NCBI GenBank assembly: GCA_963836185.1
Contig: CAWIIQ010000001.1
Location: 1,984,001 to 2,048,000, forward strand
Origin: Candidatus Krumholzibacteriia bacterium
GTDB taxonomy: Bacteria; Krumholzibacteriota; Krumholzibacteriia; Krumholzibacteriales; Krumholzibacteriaceae
Length of the DNA: 64,000 nt
Direction: 5' to 3'
The notes under the pieces are model-generated. The model saw nothing but the letters and a program-made list of their open reading frames with translations, did no database searches and was not told where the DNA came from. Below, piece by piece: positions 20,163 to 29,769 of this stretch. Position 1 is the stretch's first letter. Each line of letters opens with the position of its first letter. The position numbers were made by a program, and so were the translations under genes.

Positions 20163-21151
20163 TGCGCATCACCACCCGTCGTCTGTCCGGCGTAGTGTTT
20201 CTTCGCAGCTGGTTCCTTCACTATATTCTCATTTCCGTTCATCTCGCCCATGAAGACATCCTCGAGTGATGGATGGTGATTCGCTACCTTTAGGACTTCA
20301 GCTCCGCTGTTGTAAAGATGCTGTATCACTGTACGGACGAGTTCCTGATTCTTCACGATGAGGAATACCTCTTCGCCGTTGACGGCGACCGAATCAATGT
20401 ATCCCGATACCGGATCGAGATCGGAGACCGAACATCCTCTTGCGGTGATCTCGACCTTCCCCTCACCTATCCTGAAGACCTCGGACAATCCTACGGTCCT
20501 GATAACGGTTCCCCCCTTTATGATGCATGCCCTGTCGCACAGTGCTTCCATATCGGGAAGGATATGAGATGAGAAAAAGATCGTCTTCCCCCTGCTCTTC
20601 AGGTCGAGGAGGATATCCTTTACCGTCTTCCTGCCGATCGGATCGAGCCCCGAGAAAGGCTCGTCGAGGATCAGGAGATCCGGATCGTGAAGGATAGCCT
20701 GAGCGAGCCCCGCCCGCTGAAGCATCCCCTTCGAGAATCCCTTCGTCCTCCTCCTGGAGTGTTCCTCCAGCCCGACCCGCTCTATGGACTCCCTGACTCT
20801 CGCTACCGCCGCGTTCGACGGTACTTCACTCAGATCCGCGCAGAACCTGAGAAACTCTGTCAGCGTCAGATGCGGATATATGTATGGATTCTCGGGGAGG
20901 TATCCCACCCTCTTCATGACCGACATATCACCCTGAGATCTTCCGAAAAGCTGTACAGAGCCCGACTCGGGCCTGAGAAGGCCGAGTATGATCTTGATCG
21001 TAGTCGTTTTGCCTGCGCCGTTCGGACCGAGGAATCCGAGGATCTCGCCCGCTCCGGCCGAGAACGAGACGCCGTGAAGGACCTCGAGCGCGGTAAACGA
21101 CATGTCGCCGCGGAACGATTTCTTCACTCCGTCGACCTGCAGAACTTCCAT
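20159..21151 (-). CDS. ABC transporter ATP-binding protein (PilH-like)
   Basis: GPNGAGKTT, FSKGM, LILDEP and SSH motifs. Likely start MEVLQV at 21151. Confidence 0.9.
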   Translation of the reverse strand: MEVLQVDGVKKSFRGDMSFTALEVLHGVSFSAGAGEILGFLGPNGAGKTTTIKIILGLLRPESGSVQLFGRSQGDMSVMKRVGYLPENPYIYPHLTLTEFLRFCADLSEVPSNAAVARVRESIERVGLEEHSRRRTKGFSKGMLQRAGLAQAILHDPDLLILDEPFSGLDPIGRKTVKDILLDLKSRGKTIFFSSHILPDMEALCDRACIIKGGTVIRTVGLSEVFRIGEGKVEITARGCSVSDLDPVSGYIDSVAVNGEEVFLIVKNQELVRTVIQHLYNSGAEVLKVANHHPSLEDVFMGEMNGNENIVKEPAAKKHYAGQTTGGDAQ

Positions 21152-21275
21152 TATAATGCCCCTTTGCTGCCTGTAACCGGCAGAAAACGTACCACCGGAT
21201 GTCCCGTATCCGGACATCCAGGCCCTTGATTACCTTCTTGAGCATGTAAATGCAGATATCGTACCGGATGGGCAT

Positions 21276-21309
21276 AAAGAAAGGGGGCGGCCCGTGCGGG
21301 CCGCCCCCT
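21276..21309 (-). terminator. Intrinsic terminator after pilA
   Basis: 12-bp stem AGGGGGCGGCCC/GGGCCGCCCCCT with 4-nt loop and T-rich tail on the minus strand. Confidence 0.9.
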
Positions 21310-21333
21310 GGAACTTACTGGTTCTAACGATCT

Positions 21334-21768
21334 CTACTGACCGGAGGTCAGCGTGATGACCGTGCTGCCGTCTTCCTTACCGCAACCGGTAATCGTGTAG
21401 CCAATGTTGACAGCGCCGAGAACGACCGGAGCATAACCGGTCTGACCGGATGTACCGGCAGCGCCATCGATGGGCTCAGTGTCACCCTTGGTGAACGGAT
21501 TCTCAAGAAGAGCTCCGCCGGGCAGCATATCGACAATGCTGTCACCAGAGTTAGGATTGGCTTCAGCCACGGTGCCGGCATATACGCCGTCAGCCTGGAC
21601 CGCGAAATCCTCGGCGGCAAGCTGTACAGTGTGGCAATTCGACTTGACGGAGGCTTCCTTGGCCCTCGACTGCATATTGATGAAGTTCGGAATAGCGATA
21701 GCAGCGAGGATACCGATGATGACCACAACGATCATCAGCTCGATAAGGGTGAAACCCTTGTTATTCAT
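21334..21768 (-). CDS. pilA: Type IVa major pilin (144 aa prepilin)
   Basis: MNNKG/FTLIELMIVVVIIGILAAIAIP class III signal, GGAGG RBS before ATG 21768, own promoter and terminator. Confidence 0.93.
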   Translation of the reverse strand: MNNKGFTLIELMIVVVIIGILAAIAIPNFINMQSRAKEASVKSNCHTVQLAAEDFAVQADGVYAGTVAEANPNSGDSIVDMLPGGALLENPFTKGDTEPIDGAAGTSGQTGYAPVVLGAVNIGYTITGCGKEDGSTVITLTSGQ

Positions 21769-21892
21769 CTTGCACCTCCCGGTACAATCTAATGGAGCCT
21801 TCCGGCTCCGGTCCATCGGTCTTACAGTCCGTGAGGACTGCTGATCTCGTCCTTTGCGCCCCGCCATCGGTTCGGGGCTCGGGGAACATCTT

Positions 21893-21908
21893 TGCATCTT
21901 CTGTGCCA
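21893..21908 (-). promoter_or_regulatory. Sigma-54 promoter for pilA
   Basis: Minus strand TGGCAC-AGAAG-ATGCA, directly downstream of the PilR-type activator gene. Confidence 0.85.
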
Positions 21909-22076
21909 ACCCTCAGTCAGCGAGTCACTTACGTAATCGGCTTTTTTACAGCGAGTTACGGCCTCCTACCGTATCCTGTAAAGGGGCGTTGACATGCGCA
22001 AGCGCCCGATTCCGTTTCAATCTGCAAGAATTCAACTGTTTCAACTTTCCCTTTCAGAACGCCTGTGAAGGACGTT

Positions 22077-23453
22077 CTAGGCCTTCATCATCATTTCACG
22101 CTCCAGGCCGTATCTCTGGATCTTCCTGTAAAGGGTCGAAGCATTGATGCCGAGGATCGAGCTGGCCTTCTTCTTCTGCCAGTTCGTCTCCTCCAGCACC
22201 GATATAAGGTACTCCTTCTCCAGTTCCTCGAGTGTCATCTGGGTCTTGTCTAGGCTCAGGCTGCGCCTGCTGCATGTGCGCGACCTCACCTTGTCGGGAA
22301 GGTCCTCGACGTCGACCTGCTCGCCCTCCTGCAGGATGACGGCTCTTTCCATTATGTTCTCGAGCTCACGGACGTTTCCGGGGAACTCGTATTCTGTCAG
22401 GAGGTTCATCGCCTCCTTCGTTATATTCTTCTTCTCCCCCGTCTTGATCGATACCTTCTCGAGGAAATGCTCCACGAGCAGGGGTATATCGTCGCGCCTG
22501 TGACGCAGCGGCGGGATCACGATGGGAATCACGTTGAGCCTGTAGTAGAGGTCGGCCCTGAAGGTATCCTCCTGAACGGCTCTCTCAAGATCAGCGTTAG
22601 TTGCCGCTATCAGCCTGGCGTTTACCTTTATCGGGGATGTCCCGCCGACGGGGATGATCTCTCTCTCCTGAAGGACCCTGAGCAGCTTGACCTGGATCGC
22701 CGGCGAGGTCTCGCCGACCTCGTCGAGGAAGAAGGTCCCCCCGCTGGCCACCTTGAAGAGGCCGTCCTTGTCCTTGATAGCGCCGGTAAAGCTCCCCTTG
22801 ACGTGCCCGAAGAGCTCGCTCTCGAGGAGGTTCTCGGGCAGAGCGCCGCAGTTTATCGACACGAACGGACTCGATGCGCGCGTCGACCTGTAATGTATCG
22901 CCCTGGCAATAAGCTCCTTGCCCGTTCCGCTCTCACCGCAGACGAGGATGGTGCTGTCAGTGTCCGCGACCTTGTCGACAAGCGTGAAGACTTTCCGGAT
23001 CTCTTCGCTCTTGCCGATGATCTCCTTGAAATCGTCCTTGTTCCTCAGCTGCTTCTTGAGGAATTTGTTCTCGCTCTTGACGCGATGGACGTCAAGCGCA
23101 TTACGGATGACCATCTTGATCTGGTCGTTCTTGGCCGCCCTCTTTACCAGGTAGTGGAAGGCGCCGTTGTTGAGAGCCTCAATGGCGGTCTTCTGTGAGG
23201 CGTAAGCCGTCATTATGATGACGGGGATGCTCGGATCGATCTCCTTGACGGCGGTGAGAACCTCTATACCGTCCATGCCCTCCATCCGGATATCGGTGAT
23301 CACAGCATCGTAGTTCGAGTCACTCACCTCCTTGACAGCCTTGCTGCCGTTCGAGGCGGTCTTTACCTCGTACCCCTCCTTCTTGAGCATGATCGAAAGG
23401 TACTGGCACATACTCTTCTCGTCGTCGACAATCAGGATCTTTTCACCCGCCAT
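22077..23453 (-). CDS. pilR: Sigma-54-dependent response regulator (NtrC family, PilR-like)
   Basis: Receiver domain, GESGTGKE, GSFTGA, Fis-type HTH; adjacent to pilA. Confidence 0.88.
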   Translation of the reverse strand: MAGEKILIVDDEKSMCQYLSIMLKKEGYEVKTASNGSKAVKEVSDSNYDAVITDIRMEGMDGIEVLTAVKEIDPSIPVIIMTAYASQKTAIEALNNGAFHYLVKRAAKNDQIKMVIRNALDVHRVKSENKFLKKQLRNKDDFKEIIGKSEEIRKVFTLVDKVADTDSTILVCGESGTGKELIARAIHYRSTRASSPFVSINCGALPENLLESELFGHVKGSFTGAIKDKDGLFKVASGGTFFLDEVGETSPAIQVKLLRVLQEREIIPVGGTSPIKVNARLIAATNADLERAVQEDTFRADLYYRLNVIPIVIPPLRHRRDDIPLLVEHFLEKVSIKTGEKKNITKEAMNLLTEYEFPGNVRELENIMERAVILQEGEQVDVEDLPDKVRSRTCSRRSLSLDKTQMTLEELEKEYLISVLEETNWQKKKASSILGINASTLYRKIQRYGLEREMMMKA

Positions 23454-23502
23454 TAATCACTAACCCCCGGTTTGAGCGATTCGGTCATCCGCCGGCAGCG
23501 GA

Positions 23503-25252
23503 TCAGACCATCGCGAACTCTTCCTCGTTTATTATCTCTTCTTCGTTGTCATCGATCTCGTCGCGCCTCACGGGCAGGATGACGATAAATTCCGTCCCTC
23601 CGTCTTCCGAGCTGCGGACATCTATAAGACCGGAATGGCTCTCGACGATTCGCGCGGCGATCGCGAGGCCCAGTCCGGTTCCTCCCTGTCTCGTGGTAAA
23701 AAACGGCTCGAAGACATGCGGCAGCACGTCCTCCGGAATAGCCGGTCCATCGTTATGGAAACGTATCTCGACGCATTCCTCGTCGGTCTTCTCCTCGGAG
23801 AGTCGGCGCACGACGCTGCAGACGGAGAGAGTCAGTTTTCCGCCGCCGCTCATCGCCTCACATGCGTTATTGCCCAGATTGAGCAAGACCTGCCTGATCT
23901 GTTCGTCGTCGGCAGCTATCCTGGAACATGCCGAATCACTGTCGATCGTTATCTCTACTCCTTCTCCTGATGGAGTCGCGTTCCTCAGGAGCATGGCGAT
24001 CTCTCCTACACACCTGTCGATATCCGACGGCGTGAAAGAGGGCTTGCGCAGCCTCGCATACTCGAGAAAATCGGATATGATCCTGTCGAGCCTCTCTGAC
24101 TCCCTTATGATTAGGTCCATCAATTCGGCGTTGTCGCCGGTAAGGTCATTGATCTCTCCCTTGAGCATGTCGATCGAACCGCTGATCGAGGCCAGTGGAG
24201 CGCGGACCTCGTGAGCAATCGCTGCTGACAGTTCACCGACGGCGGCCATCCTGTCGGCCTGCCTGATCCTCTCACGCATCTCCTTGACCTCGGAAAGGTC
24301 TTGGAAGATGGCGATTACACCCTTTGTCTCGTCCTGTTCATCTTTCAGCAGCGATATACTTATCCCGAGCTGCGCCACTGTGCCGTCAGCCTTTACGACA
24401 TCTGATCTCGTGACGCTGCCTCGCCCTTCCGCTTTGCAGCGCGAGCGAGAGTTCCTCAGCGAGGACGGGCATATGGGGAAAAGCGTTGTTGACCGGCTGA
24501 CCGTCGAGTTCTTTCCTTCCATCAAGGCCGAGAATCGATTCAGCCGCGGGATTCACCGTCATTACGCATCCATCGGGATCGGTCACAATAAGTCCGCTGC
24601 TCATATTCTCGAGGATGCTGTCGGTATCGAGTCTGATCTGCCTGATCTCTTTCTCCTTGTCGGCTATCTCATCGTGCTTGTTCTGAAGACGGTAGGAGAC
24701 ATACCCGCTGACCAGGCCGGTAAAGACGAAGACTGCCATGTGGAGATAGCCGCGAAGGATCACCCTAGCGATACCACGCGACGAGACGTCAGCGACCCAT
24801 CCCCCGCCTACCGGGTCTACGTAACCGCCTATCTCAAGGAGTATGTATGTGATGTAGGCAGATGTCGCGAGCAGAGCCGTTACGAGCCCGCCCGAGACCT
24901 TGAAATACTCTCCGCCCACAATGATCGGCAATATATAAAGGATGGAGAAGAACGAGCCGGACCCACCGCTGAAGTGTGCGAGCACCGTCAATACCGTGAT
25001 GTCCACCGCGACGAGGACCCTGACTATTATCTTCAGGTCGACGCCCGCCCTGTAGGTCAGGTAGATGGCGCCGGCGCTGAGATAGATGACGCCGAGGAGT
25101 CCGTACATCACAGCCACGGAGACGGCACGGTCCTCCATCTGCAGCACCATGATCGCCGCACCGACCATCAGGGTCGAAACGACCAGCCGCAGGTAGACCA
25201 GCCTCCTGGCACTGGACTCGTCAGAATGTGAGAGTGCACGCGGTTTAAACAT
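23503..25252 (-). CDS. pilS: Sensor histidine kinase (PilS-like), ~582 aa; +1 frame break at ~24403
   Basis: TM-rich N-terminus and PAS in ORF 24386..25252; AHEVRAPL H-box and GTGLGL in ORF 23503..24525. Removing one base gives QRHEI-DVVKADG. Confidence 0.85.
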
Positions 25253-25283
25253 CTTCTCCCCCCGGAGACCGGGGTCGCCGGGA

Positions 25284-26492
25284 TCAGCCGGCGACGACAG
25301 TAACGAGCTTGAACATCGGGAGATACATGGCTATAAGCATGCCTCCGACTACAGCACCCATTACAACGATCATAATCGGCTCGATGGCCGCGGTAAGCGC
25401 CTCGACAGCCGCATCGACCTCGTCGTCATAGAAATCTGCGATCTTGTCGAGCATCTCGTCGAGGGCACCTGTCTGCTCTCCTACGGAGATCATCTGGACC
25501 ACCATGGGAGGGAAAACGCCGCAGGACTTAAGCGGATCAGCTATCGTGTTACCCTCGCTGATACTCTGTCTCGTCTCCATGATCGCCTTCTCGAGGACCT
25601 TGTTTCCGGCCGTCCTGGCCGTGATCTCCAGTCCGTTGAGGATCGGCACACCACTGGCGATGAGGGTTCCGAGCGTACGGGTGAACCTCGCTACGGCTCC
25701 CTTACGGACGACGTTACCGAGGATCGGGAAGTTAAGAAGGATCTTGTCCATCCTGTAATGTCCGCCTTCAGTCGCGTAGTACCTCTTAAAGGCAACAACA
25801 CTGCCTACCAGGAGCCCGGCGAGCAGCCACCAGTTTGCTCGAAGGAAATCACTGAGCATCATCACGATCTTTGTCGGTAGCGGAAGGTCTCCACCGAAGT
25901 CGGTGAACATCTTCGCGAATGTTGGAATGATGACCATCAGCATGAAGACCGTCGCGCCTGTGGCGACACAGAATACGATAGTCGGATAGGTCAGGGCGCC
26001 CTTTACCTTTCGCCTCAGCGCGTCGGCCTTCTCGAGATAGACAGCCAGACGGTTGAGGATAAGATCGAGGATACCGCCGGCCTCGCCGGCATCGATCATG
26101 TTTACGAACAGTTCACCGAAACACTTATGCTTGCGCATCGCGTCGGCAAGTGTCGAGCCTGATTCGACGTCCGACATGACTTCCGTGACGATCGCCTTGA
26201 AGTTCGGCTTCTCGATCTGGCTCGAAAGGATATCGAGACACTGGACCATCGGCAATCCCGCGTTGATCATCGTCGCGAACTGCCTCGTGAAGATCCCCAT
26301 GTCCTTGACCGTGATCTTGTTGCCGATCCCGAAGTTGATCTGGATATCCTTCGGCTTGTGGCGGATAGACGTGATTATGATCTTCCGCTTACGCAGGTGA
26401 TTGATCAGCTCCTGCTTGTTTTCGCACTCATAGTCGCCGGAAAGGACTTCGCCCGTCGGCGTTCTTCCTTTCCAAAGGAATGTAGTCGCCAT
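25284..26492 (-). CDS. pilC: Type IV pilus inner-membrane platform protein
   Basis: FTRQFATMINAGLP, GEQTGALDEML and AMYLPMF motifs. Confidence 0.95.
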   Translation of the reverse strand: MATTFLWKGRTPTGEVLSGDYECENKQELINHLRKRKIIITSIRHKPKDIQINFGIGNKITVKDMGIFTRQFATMINAGLPMVQCLDILSSQIEKPNFKAIVTEVMSDVESGSTLADAMRKHKCFGELFVNMIDAGEAGGILDLILNRLAVYLEKADALRRKVKGALTYPTIVFCVATGATVFMLMVIIPTFAKMFTDFGGDLPLPTKIVMMLSDFLRANWWLLAGLLVGSVVAFKRYYATEGGHYRMDKILLNFPILGNVVRKGAVARFTRTLGTLIASGVPILNGLEITARTAGNKVLEKAIMETRQSISEGNTIADPLKSCGVFPPMVVQMISVGEQTGALDEMLDKIADFYDDEVDAAVEALTAAIEPIMIVVMGAVVGGMLIAMYLPMFKLVTVVAG

Positions 26493-26510
26493 CGGTTTCC
26501 CCCTTAAAGA

Positions 26511-27620
26511 TTACTTCTTGAACTGATAGTCGTGGGTACGATGATCCGTGCCGGAGTTCGGCCCTTCACCCATCATCTGCTGGAGCTCGACAGGATCGCT
26601 GCTCCTTCTGAGAGATTCTTCCTTCGTGATCTTCCTGTCGCAGAAGGCCTGGAACAAAGCCTGGTTCATCGTCTGCATCCCGAATTTATGTCCGGCCTGC
26701 ATCAGGCCATATATCTGATGTACTTTATCGTCCCGGATCGTCGCGCGTATCGCGGGCGTGCACACCATGACCTCGCAGACCATCGCCCTGCCCTTACCCG
26801 AGGCATGCGGAATGAGCTGCTGAGTCAATACGCCCTCGAGGACGAACGCGAGTTGGGCGCGGACCTGTCCCTGCTGGCTTGCGGGGAAGGTGTCGACTAT
26901 CCTGTTTATAGATTCAAAGGTCGAGTTGGTATGCAGTGTCGCAAGAGCGAGATGGCCGGTCTCGGCGATAGTGAGTGCTGCCGCCATCGTCTCGTTGTCG
27001 CGCATCTCACCGATGAGGATGACATCGGGATCCTGCCTCAATACGTGCTTGAGAGCTGTGGCAAAGTTGTCAGTATCAGCCTTGACCTCGCGCTGATTCA
27101 CGATGCAGTTCTTGTGCTGATGGATATACTCGATCGGGTCCTCGATAGTGATAACATGGGCGTAGCGTTCCCTGTTGATTTTGTCGATCAGGCTGGCGAG
27201 AGTCGTCGATTTACCTGAGCCCGTCGGGCCTGTGACCAGGACGAGTCCCTTCTGTTTCTCAGCGAATGACTTCACGACGGGAGGAAGGCCGAGATCGTCG
27301 AATCCCAGGATCTCAAACGGGATCTGCCGGATAGCGACGCTTGTTACGCCTCTCTGCTGGAATACATTCGCACGGAATCGCGACAGGCCCTGGACCCCGA
27401 ACGAGAAATCGAGTTCCTTGTCATTCTCGAATCTTTTCTGCTGTTCATCGGTAAGGACGCTGTATGCGATCTGCTTGCTGAACTCAGGAGTCACAACGGG
27501 ATGCGAAGTCGCGTGCATCACACCGTCTACTCTCAGCATCGGCGGGACTCCCGCCGTAATGTGAAGATCGCTCGCATTCTTGTCTATCATCTCCTGTAAC
27601 AGGTCTCTGAGATTCAGCAT
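26511..27620 (-). CDS. pilT: Type IV pilus retraction ATPase
   Basis: ASDLHI, GPTGSGKSTT, LRQDPDVILIGEMRD, AETGHL and AIRATIRD motifs. Confidence 0.95.
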   Translation of the reverse strand: MLNLRDLLQEMIDKNASDLHITAGVPPMLRVDGVMHATSHPVVTPEFSKQIAYSVLTDEQQKRFENDKELDFSFGVQGLSRFRANVFQQRGVTSVAIRQIPFEILGFDDLGLPPVVKSFAEKQKGLVLVTGPTGSGKSTTLASLIDKINRERYAHVITIEDPIEYIHQHKNCIVNQREVKADTDNFATALKHVLRQDPDVILIGEMRDNETMAAALTIAETGHLALATLHTNSTFESINRIVDTFPASQQGQVRAQLAFVLEGVLTQQLIPHASGKGRAMVCEVMVCTPAIRATIRDDKVHQIYGLMQAGHKFGMQTMNQALFQAFCDRKITKEESLRRSSDPVELQQMMGEGPNSGTDHRTHDYQFKK

Positions 27621-27635
27621 ATCTTTCCTTCTTCC

Positions 27636-29342
27636 CTACTGATCTGTCGTCTCTCGGAGGACTTCTTCTACCGAGGTCCATCCGGCCTTGAGCTTCTCGA
27701 TGCCGTCTGACCTGAGCGTAAGCATGCCTTCCTTGACCGCCTGCTCCTTGATCTCCATTGACGAACATCTGTTGAGTATCATCTCTCTTATCTCGCTCGA
27801 TATAGGCATGACCTCGTAAAGGCCGGTCCTGCCCTTATACCCGGTGTTGCTGCACTTCGGGCAGCCTACGGGTTCGAATACCTCGAATGGCGGTTCATCA
27901 GGCAAGCCGAGTTCGCGCATCACCTCGGGATGAAGCATTTCTTTTTTCTTGCAGTTCTCACATAGCCGCCTTAGCAGCCTTTGAGCCTGGATCAAGTTCG
28001 TCGAGCTCGCTACGAGGAACGGCTCGACACCCATGTCGATCATTCGGTTGATCGTGCTGGCTGCATCATTCGTATGAAGAGTACTGAGCACAAGGTGACC
28101 TGTGAGCGCCGCCTTGACTGCGATCGATCCTGTCTCGAGGTCACGGACCTCACCGACCATCACGATGTTCGGATCCTGGCGAAGGAACGCCTTCAGCGCG
28201 GACGCGAAGGTCAGCCCGATCTCCTCGTGCACGTTGACCTGGTTGATCCCTTCGAGGTTGTACTCGACCGGGTCCTCGGCGGTCATGATGTTGTGGTGCG
28301 GAAGGTTGATCTTGTGAAGAGCGGAATACAGAGTCGTCGTCTTTCCGCTACCGGTAGGACCGGTCACGAGCACCATTCCGTAAGGCGATTCGATCGCGTA
28401 GAGGAACTTCTCGAGAGCTTCGGGCTGAAACCCCAGCTTCGTGAGATCTATCTGGAGGTTGCTCTTGTCCAGGATTCGCATTACGATCTTCTCGCCGAAG
28501 ATCGTGGGAAGTGTGCTTACACGAAGGTCGATCTTCTTGCTGCCAATCCTGATCTTTATACGGCCATCCTGCGGAACCCTTTTTTCGGCGATGTCCAGCT
28601 CGGCCATGATCTTCAGTCGTGAGGTTATCGCGCCTCTCATCTTTATCGGGGGCGACATCATCTCGTGCAGCTGTCCATCTATCCTGAAGCGCACCCTCAT
28701 CGTTTTCTCGAATGCCTCGACATGGATATCGCTGGCGCCCTTGTTCACCGCGTCCGATATGAGAGAGTTGACAAGCTTGACCACCGGGGCGTCCTCGTTC
28801 TGCGCCTCGGCGAGCCCCATGTCATCATCCATCTCTTCGACTATCTCGAAGTCTTCATCCTCGATGTCACGCATCACTTCGGCCAGAGAGTCGGCCGAAT
28901 CGTAAAAACGGTCGATCGCCCTCTTGATCGCCGTCTCAGTAGCGACTACCGGACGCACTTCAAGACCGGTGATGAACTTGATGTCATCGATAGCGAATAT
29001 GTTGTCGGGATTGGCCATCGCCAGAGTCAGGACCCTGCCCTCCCTGGAAATGGGTACGACCTGGAACTTGGTCGCTACCTCTGACGGGATGAGCTCGACG
29101 GAATGTTCTTCCGCCTCGAGCTCGTCGAGGTCGACCGCGGGTACCTGGTACTGCTGCGAGAGGAACTCGGAGAAAGCTTTCTCCGAAATCGCTCCCGTCT
29201 TTACCAGGTTGTAGCCGAGGCTGCCGCCGGACTGCCCCTGCTCGGAAAGAGCAAGTTCGAGCTGGTCCTGGCTGATAAGACTCGACTCCATCAGCTGGTT
29301 GGCTATATTGTCACTCAAGGACTTCCTCCGCCCGGATTTCAA
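27636..29342 (-). CDS. pilB: Type IV pilus extension ATPase
   Basis: N-terminal domain, GPTGSGKTT, LRQDPN, two CxxC zinc pairs. The start codon (TTG) is uncertain by a few codons. Confidence 0.95.
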   Translation of the reverse strand: MKSGRRKSLSDNIANQLMESSLISQDQLELALSEQGQSGGSLGYNLVKTGAISEKAFSEFLSQQYQVPAVDLDELEAEEHSVELIPSEVATKFQVVPISREGRVLTLAMANPDNIFAIDDIKFITGLEVRPVVATETAIKRAIDRFYDSADSLAEVMRDIEDEDFEIVEEMDDDMGLAEAQNEDAPVVKLVNSLISDAVNKGASDIHVEAFEKTMRVRFRIDGQLHEMMSPPIKMRGAITSRLKIMAELDIAEKRVPQDGRIKIRIGSKKIDLRVSTLPTIFGEKIVMRILDKSNLQIDLTKLGFQPEALEKFLYAIESPYGMVLVTGPTGSGKTTTLYSALHKINLPHHNIMTAEDPVEYNLEGINQVNVHEEIGLTFASALKAFLRQDPNIVMVGEVRDLETGSIAVKAALTGHLVLSTLHTNDAASTINRMIDMGVEPFLVASSTNLIQAQRLLRRLCENCKKKEMLHPEVMRELGLPDEPPFEVFEPVGCPKCSNTGYKGRTGLYEVMPISSEIREMILNRCSSMEIKEQAVKEGMLTLRSDGIEKLKAGWTSVEEVLRETTDQ

Positions 29343-29440
29343 TCCTCACGAACCTGATGCAAATCCTCAACCACTCGATACAGTCGTGAGCGTTATTCTG
29401 CCCTAATAATTACTTCAGCCCTCAATTTCACATCTTTGAC

Positions 29441-29456
29441 CGCAATAAGTATGCCA
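29441..29456 (-). promoter_or_regulatory. Sigma-54 promoter for pilB-T-C-S-R
   Basis: Minus strand TGGCAT-ACTTA-TTGCG. Confidence 0.8.
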
Positions 29457-29769
29457 CAGGCAGGCAGGCAGGATAACAGGATGAGAGACAACAGTTTTCA
29501 GGATGAAATCGAAGTGCGGGTCATGCTTGAAAGGATCGATCGCGGAAAATTCGATTCCCCTGAAAAGACCTGTCTACAGCGGCTTACCGAAGAATTCGCC
29601 GACCGGGCCCGAATACGCCGCGGAGGCGCCGGCCTGGTGCAGCATGCAAGGGGATTCGCACAATGCATGGTAGTATTTACAGGAACGAGGCGCTGTACAG
29701 TGTCCAGAATCGTTTACCTCGTGTCGGATTTTCTGCCATCAGAAGAGGTTGCGGAGACGGCCGGATGCG

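Noticed and set aside
21334-21768. Electrically conductive (Geobacter-type short) pilin
   Set aside because: The mature pilin is about 139 aa with sparse aromatic residues, so it is an ordinary long type IVa pilin.
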